The notes under the pieces are model-generated. The model was given only the letters and a program-made list of their open reading frames with translations. It ran no database searches and was not told where the DNA came from. DNA of 64,000 bases from contig CAMBZN010000005.1 in NCBI GenBank assembly GCA_945872565.1, forward strand, positions 6,200 to 70,199, written 5' to 3'. This document shows, piece after piece, positions 9,042-16,539 of the stretch. How positions within the stretch are numbered: position 1 is the stretch's first letter; every line of letters starts with the position of its first letter. The DNA is from Chlamydia trachomatis (GTDB taxonomy: Bacteria; Chlamydiota; Chlamydiia; Chlamydiales; 2-12-FULL-49-11). The position numbers were made by a program, and so were the translations under genes.

Positions 9042-10813
9042 TTTCCCCTTTTCTTAATAATATGCCCAGTAAATGTGGCGTATACCTCATGCGCGATAAG
9101 AACGATCAAATCCTTTATATCGGTAAGGCAATTGATATAAAGGCAAGAATGAAAAGCTATCAATCAGGACGTGAAGACACCCGTCTACAAATCCCCTACC
9201 TCTTAGAAAAAGTACACTCCATAGATACCTTTATCACTTTTACTGAAAAAGAGGCTTTAATTTTAGAAAACACCCTAATCAAAAAGCATAAGCCAAAGTA
9301 CAACATCCTTTTAAAGGACGATAAAAGCTACAGCTGTTTAGCCATACACAAAGATAGTGAATATCCACAGATTTCTATGCAGCGTTTTCCTATGAAAAAT
9401 GATCAGGGGTACTTTCTTTCTAAGCCTTATACAAGCAGCTTAACTGCACGCACCCATTTTGAAATTATCAGGCGGGTTTTTCATCTTAGATCATGCTCGG
9501 ATAAGGAGTTTAACAGCAGAACAAGACCTTGCATTCTCTATACTATAGACAAGTGTAGCGCCCCCTGTATGCAAAAATGCACAAAAAAAGATTATAATGA
9601 CGCTGTAAGGGGGGCTAAAGTTTACTTGTCTGGCGACGGGGCTAAAGTTGCAAGCTTTCTGAAAGAGGAAATCTCTCTTGCGTCAAAAAAACTCCTATTT
9701 GAAAAGGCAGGGCACTATCACCGAATGCTCCTTGCTATTACAAAAAAAGATGCAGTCACTGTCACTTCTAAAGAAAATATCGATGTGCTTGCAGTGATTC
9801 AAAGAGATGGATTTTGTATCATTTACAAACTCATCTTTAGAAACAACCTTCTAGTTGATGGCAACCATTTCTCTTTTTCAAATATTGCAAGTAGCACAAA
9901 AACCACCCTAGAAGCTTTCATTCTTCAGCATTACGAATCAATCACAGACAAACCAAAATATATCTATACCCCAGAAACCTTACCTAATGCTGCCGATATT
10001 AGCGCCATTGTTGGCTGTAAAATCCAATCTCCAAAAATCGGAGAGAACAATAAACTCCTCTCTTTAGCTCTAGAAAACGCAAAAGAAATTTTAGAACAAG
10101 AGAGTCAAACAGGTGCATCTTCAGAAAATATTTTACTAGAACTTAAAGGTAAGCTCCATTTAAAACAAACTCCTGTGATCATAGAATGCATTGACACCTC
10201 GTGTCTAGGGGGCAAAGACTCCGTAGCTGCAGTGGTGGTATTTAAAAATGGCCGTCCTGAACGCTCTTTATACAGAAACTACCACGTAGACACAGGCAGC
10301 TATGGTGATGACTTAAGCTTAATGAAAGCTACCATTGTCAAACGATACAGTAAACTTAAAGACCTTCCAAACCTTATTCTAATCGATGGAGGAAAAGGAC
10401 AACTGGGTGTTTTAAAAAATTGCTTATCGGATCTTAATATTATCGATGTAGAAATCGCCGCCCTTGCAAAAGAGCAGAGCCGTCATGACAAAGGTCTAAC
10501 CAAAGAGAGAATTTTTATTCCAGAAAAGTCAGATGCCATCACCTTTGATAGGCACAGTGAATTGTTATTTCTTTTGCAAAATATCCGTGATGAAGCACAC
10601 AGAAGAGCCATCTCTTTTCATCGAAAGAAAAAAGTAAAAGCCTCGATCACCTCTATCCTTGACACAATCGAGGGCGTTGGTCCAAAAAAGAAGACCCTTT
10701 TGTTAAAAACGTTTGGCTCTGTAGCAGGGATCAAAGCAGCCTCCGATGAAGATCTACTATCTGTAAAAGGGCTATCTAAATCCAATCTTAAAAATCTTCG
10801 CGATGCTCTGTAG
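9020..10813 (+). CDS. uvrC: excinuclease ABC subunit C
   Basis: GIY-YIG N-terminus (GVYLMRDKNDQILYIGKAIDIKAR…). C-terminal endonuclease plus (HhH)2 region. Size 597 aa. Confidence 0.92.
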   Translation: MEKNTPIISPFLNNMPSKCGVYLMRDKNDQILYIGKAIDIKARMKSYQSGREDTRLQIPYLLEKVHSIDTFITFTEKEALILENTLIKKHKPKYNILLKDDKSYSCLAIHKDSEYPQISMQRFPMKNDQGYFLSKPYTSSLTARTHFEIIRRVFHLRSCSDKEFNSRTRPCILYTIDKCSAPCMQKCTKKDYNDAVRGAKVYLSGDGAKVASFLKEEISLASKKLLFEKAGHYHRMLLAITKKDAVTVTSKENIDVLAVIQRDGFCIIYKLIFRNNLLVDGNHFSFSNIASSTKTTLEAFILQHYESITDKPKYIYTPETLPNAADISAIVGCKIQSPKIGENNKLLSLALENAKEILEQESQTGASSENILLELKGKLHLKQTPVIIECIDTSCLGGKDSVAAVVVFKNGRPERSLYRNYHVDTGSYGDDLSLMKATIVKRYSKLKDLPNLILIDGGKGQLGVLKNCLSDLNIIDVEIAALAKEQSRHDKGLTKERIFIPEKSDAITFDRHSELLFLLQNIRDEAHRRAISFHRKKKVKASITSILDTIEGVGPKKKTLLLKTFGSVAGIKAASDEDLLSVKGLSKSNLKNLRDAL

Positions 10814-10887
10814 CTTCGATTTATATTGAAAGTTTACATAATCTTTTACTTAATTGGGTACCCTGAGGTATAATTATTAAAGGAGAT

Positions 10888-12315
10888 ATGAATATGGATA
10901 GAACTTTAGAATATAAGGATAATAGAGAAATTTTTTTAATTAAAAATAATATTTACAGTTTAGCTGCCTTTGCTCCTTTACACTCCCGCTGGAATGATTT
11001 GGTTAAAATCGATGAATTCAAAAACCTTGCTATTGTCCAATCAGCTTTTTTAAGGGTATTGTTCGCAATTGTTGCCTTTATCATTTTTCCAGTGATCTGT
11101 ACTCTTTCAGCACCTACCTATTTATTAAATGGGAAAAAGCTTTCTGGTTATACCAAAACAAAGATTTTTGGAATTAACTCTCTTCAACTAACAGCAGCAC
11201 CTATCAGCCAACCAGCCGCACCTATCAGCCAACCAGCCGCACCTATCAGCCAACTAGCTGCTCCTTCTGGACCACTACAACTTCGAGAAGGTTTGGATAA
11301 TTTAGGTAACTCTTGTTACATCAATGCTTGCATTCAGGCAATTGTTGGCTTCACCCCTTTATATACCCTTTTTTTAGCAAGCAAGGCTAATTCCTCACTA
11401 AAGGATTCCCTACTTAAGCTATTAGAGGCCTTAAAAAATTCCAAATCTGGACAATCCAAAGTAAAACCTTTGTTGGAAAATTTTTATAAAGAATTAATGA
11501 ACAAAACAAGCGGGTGGAATGTTACAGATAGAATGGGTGTTTCTCGAATGAATGATTCTACTGACTTACTGTTTTTTCTAGCAGACCGATGTGAAGTATC
11601 TTTTACCGATATTTCAAGGATCACTACCACCACTACTTTTTTACAAGACGGTCAAACAGAAAGAGTTATCATAGGTGAACCCGAAGTGTTTTTTAGAATA
11701 GTTTTAGATGGAACGAAAGGATCAATCCAAGAGTACATTCAGTCAAAGATGCGCGATTCTGAATCGGAACTTTCTTTGACTCTATGTGAAACTGATTCAA
11801 TAGCCGGTGGAGTTGAAATTGATGAAAAAGATCTATTTCTTTACTTTTTCAATAGCAAACTTCATGAAGGAGAATTTATCAAGGAGCTTCAAGATACCCC
11901 TCCATATCGGTTTAAGAAAGGGTCCTCACTTCACAAGGAACTTCTTGACGTTCTTCAAAGAGACTACGCCACATTAAAGGCGGTTTACTATTCCAATCCT
12001 CCAGAAGGGTATAAAGTATATATCGGTGCAAAACAAGAAAAAGCTTCCTTATCCCCTGATTCTAGAGCGATCATCGTAACAATAGAAAACCCAAGCAAAA
12101 CATTTATCCCTGATCAAGCGATCACTATCGAGGGCAATACTTTCAAGCTAGAGGGGGTGATTAGAAGACCAAGGGGCTGCCATTATACCTTTTTTGAAAA
12201 CATCGATCCAGAATTAGGGGTTACCTACGATGACAAGCAGGTAACTAAGGAAGTTAACATGAGTGAGGCAAGGTGTCTTTTTTACACTAAAATAGATGCA
12301 ACTGTAGACCTTTAA
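10888..12315 (+). CDS. membrane-anchored ubiquitin-specific protease (peptidase C19 / USP family) homologue
   Basis: Cys box LREGLDNLGNSCYINACIQAIVG. C-terminal His box FKLEGVIRRPRGCHYTFF followed by YDDKQV. N-terminal hydrophobic segment FLRVLFAIVAFIIFPVICTLSAP. AAPISQP x3 linker. Confidence 0.75.
   Translation: MNMDRTLEYKDNREIFLIKNNIYSLAAFAPLHSRWNDLVKIDEFKNLAIVQSAFLRVLFAIVAFIIFPVICTLSAPTYLLNGKKLSGYTKTKIFGINSLQLTAAPISQPAAPISQPAAPISQLAAPSGPLQLREGLDNLGNSCYINACIQAIVGFTPLYTLFLASKANSSLKDSLLKLLEALKNSKSGQSKVKPLLENFYKELMNKTSGWNVTDRMGVSRMNDSTDLLFFLADRCEVSFTDISRITTTTTFLQDGQTERVIIGEPEVFFRIVLDGTKGSIQEYIQSKMRDSESELSLTLCETDSIAGGVEIDEKDLFLYFFNSKLHEGEFIKELQDTPPYRFKKGSSLHKELLDVLQRDYATLKAVYYSNPPEGYKVYIGAKQEKASLSPDSRAIIVTIENPSKTFIPDQAITIEGNTFKLEGVIRRPRGCHYTFFENIDPELGVTYDDKQVTKEVNMSEARCLFYTKIDATVDL
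11197..11259 (+). repeat. 21-bp tandem repeat x3 (encodes AAPISQP linker)
   Basis: gcacctatcagccaaccagcc / gcacctatcagccaaccagcc / gcacctatcagccaactagct. In frame, inside the USP-like gene between the membrane anchor and the catalytic domain. Confidence 0.95.
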
Positions 12316-12791
12316 GAAGTGATAAACTCTTCCATCTCATCATCAAGGGTTGATTCATCCTCACTATCAGCAAAGCGATCTTCCACTTTTTGTCTTTCAA
12401 GAAGAAGATTCTTAAAAACAACATGTACAGAAGAAACATGCAATCCAGTAAGCCTTGATACTTCCTTTACTATTTTTTCTTGAATTTCTTCAGATTTTTC
12501 AGGGAGGGAAATACCGTAGTAAATATTTAACTCTACTTTTATACTAACTGATCTATTTTTAACATCTTGCTCTACGTAGATCCCTTTGATCCTTTCAATC
12601 CCTTCTCTACCAAGAAGATTATCCATTAAAGTTCCCTCAAGCAAGGCAATCCCCTCTATGCCAGAAAGACACTTGATCGTAATAGACTGAAACACACGAG
12701 TTTCTATATCTCTTATATAAATTGTTTCAGGTGCATCAATTTCTTTTGTATCAATATCTTCAAATGGATCTGTTTCATCATGAAGGCTCAT
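12312..12791 (-). CDS. Asp23/Gls24-family (alkaline shock) envelope stress protein
   Basis: The core …ITIKCLSGIEGIALLEG…IKGIYVEQDVKNRSVSIKVELNIYYGISLPEKSEEIQEKIVKEVSRLTGLHVSSVHVVFKNL matches the DUF322/Asp23 pattern. Acidic tails at both ends. Confidence 0.7.
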   Translation of the reverse strand: MSLHDETDPFEDIDTKEIDAPETIYIRDIETRVFQSITIKCLSGIEGIALLEGTLMDNLLGREGIERIKGIYVEQDVKNRSVSIKVELNIYYGISLPEKSEEIQEKIVKEVSRLTGLHVSSVHVVFKNLLLERQKVEDRFADSEDESTLDDEMEEFITS

Positions 12792-12996
12792 TTTATCTCC
12801 TTAAGCTTGTAGATTACTCTAATATTCATCCATTTCCCCCTTTTTCGCAACCTCTAAATACGATTTAAAGTGAATTTTTTTTTGAAGAACCATTGATCTT
12901 CAATTGTTAATAAACACAATATAAGGTAAAATCAACAAATTGTTTCCTAAAAGGCAAAAAAAATATAGGATACAATTAAAACACAAGGATCAAAAC

Positions 12997-13500
12997 ATGA
13001 ACGAATCTAGCACCCTTTTAACTATTTTATTATTCCTTATACCCACACTTTTTGCTAGACTATGCTTTACAATCGCTCGAAAAAGAGGTCACAACGAAGC
13101 TCTTTGGGCAGTGCTTGGCTTTTTCTTCTGCCAATTTGCTCTAATTGCCCTCTACCTTATTCCAAAAAAACAGCCCTCTTCTGCAGCCCCTATCAAGGAG
13201 CAGGCAGGGCAATTATCTGTGATCCACAATGAATCAGCGGCATCTTTTGATGATGAAAATTTTGAAGTTCCCAGACAAAAGCGCCTTTCAGCAAACAGAA
13301 GTCTTGACTGGTACTATATTGATCCTTCGGAGAATAATGCTATCAAAGGCCCTTATAAGATTAAAGACCTTAGAGAAGAGATTAACAGAAATAAACTCGA
13401 CTGCAATTGCTACATTTGGTGCGAAGAATTTGAAGATTGGACTGTTGTTTCTGATTTCTCTAACTCTAGTCTTATTTTAGACCCAGATTTTATCGAATAA
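12997..13500 (+). CDS. membrane protein with C-terminal GYF_2 (DUF4339) domain
   Basis: Two TM segments (LLTILLFLIPTLFARLCFTI, ALWAVLGFFFCQFALIALYLI). C-terminal WYYIDPSENNAIKGPYKIKDLREEINRNKLDCNCYIWCEEFEDWTVVSD fits the GYF_2 pattern (W.y…GP…l…vW…dW). ATG 12997 is preferred over the track start TTG 12940. Confidence 0.6.
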   Translation: MNESSTLLTILLFLIPTLFARLCFTIARKRGHNEALWAVLGFFFCQFALIALYLIPKKQPSSAAPIKEQAGQLSVIHNESAASFDDENFEVPRQKRLSANRSLDWYYIDPSENNAIKGPYKIKDLREEINRNKLDCNCYIWCEEFEDWTVVSDFSNSSLILDPDFIE

Positions 13501-13503
13501 AAA

Positions 13504-13530
13504 AACCATAAATCGATTAGACTTATGGTT
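13504..13530. terminator. AT-rich hairpin between convergent genes (possible bidirectional terminator)
   Basis: AACCATAA-N11-TTATGGTT, flanked by an A-run on the left and a T-rich tract on the right. Lies between the stops at 13500 (+) and 13559 (-). Confidence 0.4.
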
Positions 13531-13558
13531 AATTCTTTGAAAATGTAATTTAAAACAC

Positions 13559-13864
13559 TTACCAGGATGATTTTGTAATTCCAGGAATCAGTCCCTCTAA
13601 AGCCATCTCTCTAAAACATAACCTTGATACACCAAATTTTCTCATGTATCCTCTAGGTCTTCCAGTAAGTTGACATCTATTGTGCAAACGAACTTTTGAA
13701 GAGCTCTTCTTCATTTTATTTAAATTATCCATCGCTTTAACTCTATCCTCATCCGATGTCTCAAATGATTTGATGATCTTTTTCAAATTCGCTCTTTTTA
13801 CAGCAGAATTTTTTACCATCTTTACTCGTTTTTTTTCTTTTTCAATAAGTGCTTTTCTAGCCAT
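13559..13864 (-). CDS. rpsN: 30S ribosomal protein S14 (long, zinc-independent form)
   Basis: [13 protein letters not shown]…[39 protein letters not shown]. 101 aa. Confidence 0.95.
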   Translation of the reverse strand: MARKALIEKEKKRVKMVKNSAVKRANLKKIIKSFETSDEDRVKAMDNLNKMKKSSSKVRLHNRCQLTGRPRGYMRKFGVSRLCFREMALEGLIPGITKSSW

Positions 13865-13876
13865 ATGATCTCCTTT

Positions 13877-14014
13877 CTATTTTTTTCTTGCAGGTCCAGT
13901 TTGACGTTGCTTACGCCTTGGATCAAGTTTGTTAATTACATATAGCCTGCCCTTACGACGAACAAGTTTATCACCCTTACTTTGGTCTGCTTTTACAGAT
14001 GCTCGAACTTTCAT
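13877..14014 (-). CDS. rpmJ: 50S ribosomal protein L36 (Cys-free, zinc-independent type)
   Basis: Internal ATG at 14014 gives [45 protein letters not shown] (45 aa). The L36 core (MKVR.S.K…RRKGR.YVI…KQRQ) is present without the CxxC/CxxxH ligands. The track ORF (68 aa) over-extends the N-terminus. Confidence 0.85.
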   Translation of the reverse strand: MKVRASVKADQSKGDKLVRRKGRLYVINKLDPRRKQRQTGPARKK

Positions 14015-14076
14015 AGATATCCTATTTCCTGTACATTTGTTAAATATAGGCAGAATAATATCATTTTGCAGAATTA

Positions 14077-14105
14077 TTGACAAATATATTCTACCCTGCT
14101 ATCAT
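14077..14105 (+). promoter_or_regulatory. sigma-70/66-type promoter for rpmH-rnpA
   Basis: TTGACA (14077-14082), 17-nt spacer, TATCAT (14100-14105), about 40 nt upstream of the rpmH ATG. Confidence 0.5.
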
Positions 14106-14146
14106 TTCTGTCATTATAGTTACAAAAAATTTGAGAGTCATGATTT

Positions 14147-14281
14147 ATGAAAAGAACTTACCAACCAAGCAAAATAAGAAGAAAAAGATCTCACGGCTTC
14201 CGTGCGAGAATGGCGACCCCAGGCGGACGCAGAGTTCTCAGCAGGAGAAGACAACGAGGACGTTGGCAGCTGACTGTATAA
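14147..14281 (+). CDS. rpmH: 50S ribosomal protein L34
   Basis: Not in the ORF track (44 aa). Hand translation: [44 protein letters not shown], stop TAA 14279-14281. Confidence 0.95.
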   Translation: MKRTYQPSKIRRKRSHGFRARMATPGGRRVLSRRRQRGRWQLTV

Positions 14282-14301
14282 AATTTCCTTTTAAAAAGGA
14301 A

Positions 14302-14643
14302 ATGCATGTGAGAAAAAAGTGGGAATTTGGAAAGATTCGAGGCTTTGGACTCAAGTATTATGGAAAATATATCTGTTTCCAGTACTTGATCGACCCTAAG
14401 AATCAAACAAAAATTGGACTTACTGTTTCAAGAAAATTCGGCGATGCAACGAGAAGAAACCTCTTTAAAAGAAGAATGAGAGAGCTGTTCAGACAACTAG
14501 TTCCAAACTTTGCTCAATCTGTACACGTCAATATTCTTCCTCTTCAAGGATGCAAAACAGCTTCGTTTGATGAATTATCCCTTGATTGGAATAACTACAG
14601 ATTGTATTTAGCAAAGGATGATACAGATGCAAGGCAGACTTAA
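14302..14643 (+). CDS. rnpA: ribonuclease P protein component
   Basis: Immediately downstream of rpmH. Basic RNR-like motif GLTVSRKFGDATRRNLFKRRMRELFR. The track ORF (from 14077) runs through the rpmH promoter and rpmH in another frame, so it is trimmed to ATG 14302. The exact start is uncertain. Confidence 0.8.
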   Translation: MHVRKKWEFGKIRGFGLKYYGKYICFQYLIDPKNQTKIGLTVSRKFGDATRRNLFKRRMRELFRQLVPNFAQSVHVNILPLQGCKTASFDELSLDWNNYRLYLAKDDTDARQT

Positions 14644-16483
14644 TCCTTCTCAGTTACAGGCGTGCACAAGCATCAATGGAAAGGTTTTAGTTTTAGCAGG
14701 AGCTGGATCGGGCAAGACAACAGTTCTAACTGAGCGCATTCTCCATCTTATTAATGATCACGGGGTCAAGCCTGAGTCAATTTTAGGGCTAACTTTTACA
14801 AATAAAGCAGCTGCGCAGATGCGCGATAGAATTTGTAAGAGAATTGGGAAAACTATAGGGCAAAACATCCCCCTTCTTACCTTTCATAGCTTTTGTTTGG
14901 CCATTTTAAAAGAGGAAATTCATCACCTTGGTTATACAACCAATTTTTCTCTATATGATGAAAAGGATAAGCAAAGGCTAGAGGATGAAGTTTATACAGA
15001 TCTTTCTGGCCAGGAGGGAAAAACAGTTACCGAGCAAGACTTTCGAAAAGGGATGGCTGGGGTACTAAAAGCCTATAATGCTGTAGATTTTGACGGACTA
15101 TTAGAATTAACAGTGGAATTGTTCAAAAATCATCCAGAAATCTTAAAAAAATATCAAAATCAGTACCATTATGTAATGATTGATGAGTACCAAGATACCA
15201 ATCAAGTGCAATATGAACTCATCGACTTGCTTACAAAAGAGCACGGCAACCTTTTCGTTGTTGGTGATGATGACCAATCAATCTATGGTTTTAGGGGCGC
15301 TCAAGTAGATCATATCTTAAATTTTCCACATGATACTGTTGTAAAGCTTGAAGAAAACTACCGCTCCACCCAACCCATTCTTGATATTGCCAATTCCGTT
15401 ATCGCCAAAAATTCCAAAAGACACGACAAGGTCCTTTTCTCCACAAAAAAGAGTAAAAATCTCCCTAGGCTTTTTCACGCACCTACTGAAGCTGAAGAGG
15501 CAGAAACAATTATTCATCGATTGCTCTATTTAAAGAATGAAAAAAAACTTGAATGGAGTGATATTGCTATTCTTTACCGATCTAACAACCTAACCAAACC
15601 ATTTGAAGTAGCACTCATGCAAGCTTCTTGGAGGGATAATAACCAATATGTGAGGGGGATCCCCTACCATGTTGTTCAAGGGATGTCTTTTTATCAAAGA
15701 ACAGAAGTAAAAGATCTTTTTGCCTACTTAAAAGTATTGCACAATCCAAAAGATACAACAGCCCTTCTTAGAATCCTTAACTATCCAAAAAGAGGCATTT
15801 CAACAGCATCCATCGAATCCTTAAACAAGGAAGCCTCACGACTAACCCTAGATCTATACCAAGCATTAGAACATTATGATCATCTAGATATTTCTTCCCA
15901 AGGAAAAGTGGGGATCTCCATTTTCAACTCCATCCTTGCAAAAGCCAAAGAAAAACCTACCCTTACAGAAAAAGTACAATTTCTCATTGATGAGCTAAAC
16001 CTAAAAGAAGAGATCAAAAAAGAGGTAAAGAGTGAGCAAGCTCAAATGTACAAACTCGACAATATCAATACCTGCCTTCAAATGGCTGTCCAAGCTGACA
16101 TCGACCGGGCAACTCTTGGGGATTTTATTAACGGATCTCTCATCGATGATCACATGCATTCTAAAGATAAACGGGGTAAGGGGGTAAACCTACTAACGTT
16201 TCATAGCGCAAAAGGCCTTGAATTCAAAGCATGCTTTATTGTTTGCCTCGAAGATGGCACCATGCCTCATGAAAAAAGTATAGAGGAGGGCGGCTTAGAA
16301 GAAGAACGGCGTCTTTTTTACGTTGCAATCACAAGGGCAAAAGAGTTTCTCTACCTCTCGATGGCAAGAAAGCGCCTCTTTAGAGGCAAGCCTATGACCC
16401 GCACAGCTTGCAGATTTCTTTTTGAAATCCCCAAGCAACTGCTAGAATTTGAAGCTTGTAATAATTTTCAGCCCTTAGAATAA
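14618..16483 (+). CDS. ATP-dependent DNA helicase, UvrD/PcrA/Rep family
   Basis: LNPSQLQA…VLAGAGSGKTTVLTERI (motifs Q/I). DEYQDTNQVQY (II). VGDDDQSIYGFRGA (III). YRS (IV). C-terminal TFHSAKGLEF…VAITRAK. Confidence 0.9.
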   Translation: MIQMQGRLNPSQLQACTSINGKVLVLAGAGSGKTTVLTERILHLINDHGVKPESILGLTFTNKAAAQMRDRICKRIGKTIGQNIPLLTFHSFCLAILKEEIHHLGYTTNFSLYDEKDKQRLEDEVYTDLSGQEGKTVTEQDFRKGMAGVLKAYNAVDFDGLLELTVELFKNHPEILKKYQNQYHYVMIDEYQDTNQVQYELIDLLTKEHGNLFVVGDDDQSIYGFRGAQVDHILNFPHDTVVKLEENYRSTQPILDIANSVIAKNSKRHDKVLFSTKKSKNLPRLFHAPTEAEEAETIIHRLLYLKNEKKLEWSDIAILYRSNNLTKPFEVALMQASWRDNNQYVRGIPYHVVQGMSFYQRTEVKDLFAYLKVLHNPKDTTALLRILNYPKRGISTASIESLNKEASRLTLDLYQALEHYDHLDISSQGKVGISIFNSILAKAKEKPTLTEKVQFLIDELNLKEEIKKEVKSEQAQMYKLDNINTCLQMAVQADIDRATLGDFINGSLIDDHMHSKDKRGKGVNLLTFHSAKGLEFKACFIVCLEDGTMPHEKSIEEGGLEEERRLFYVAITRAKEFLYLSMARKRLFRGKPMTRTACRFLFEIPKQLLEFEACNNFQPLE

Positions 16484-16539
16484 AAGCCTTCTCAGATAAA
16501 TCCATTTATTATATAAATAGTTTTTTTAAATATTACATT

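Noticed and set aside
11197-11259. Considered whether the 21-bp repeats could be a CRISPR or other non-coding array.
   Set aside because: The repeats are contiguous without spacers, in frame, and inside an ORF with clear flanking protein motifs. They form a coding VNTR, not CRISPR.
13229-13480. 83-aa alternative-frame ORF inside the GYF-domain gene.
   Set aside because: It lies on the same strand but out of frame with a gene that has a recognisable domain. There are no independent signals.
14077-14301. N-terminal 75 codons of the 188-aa track ORF fused to rnpA.
   Set aside because: Its TTG 'start' is the -35 hexamer TTGACA of the rpmH promoter. The region is occupied by rpmH in another frame, and only the part from about 14302 resembles RNase P protein.
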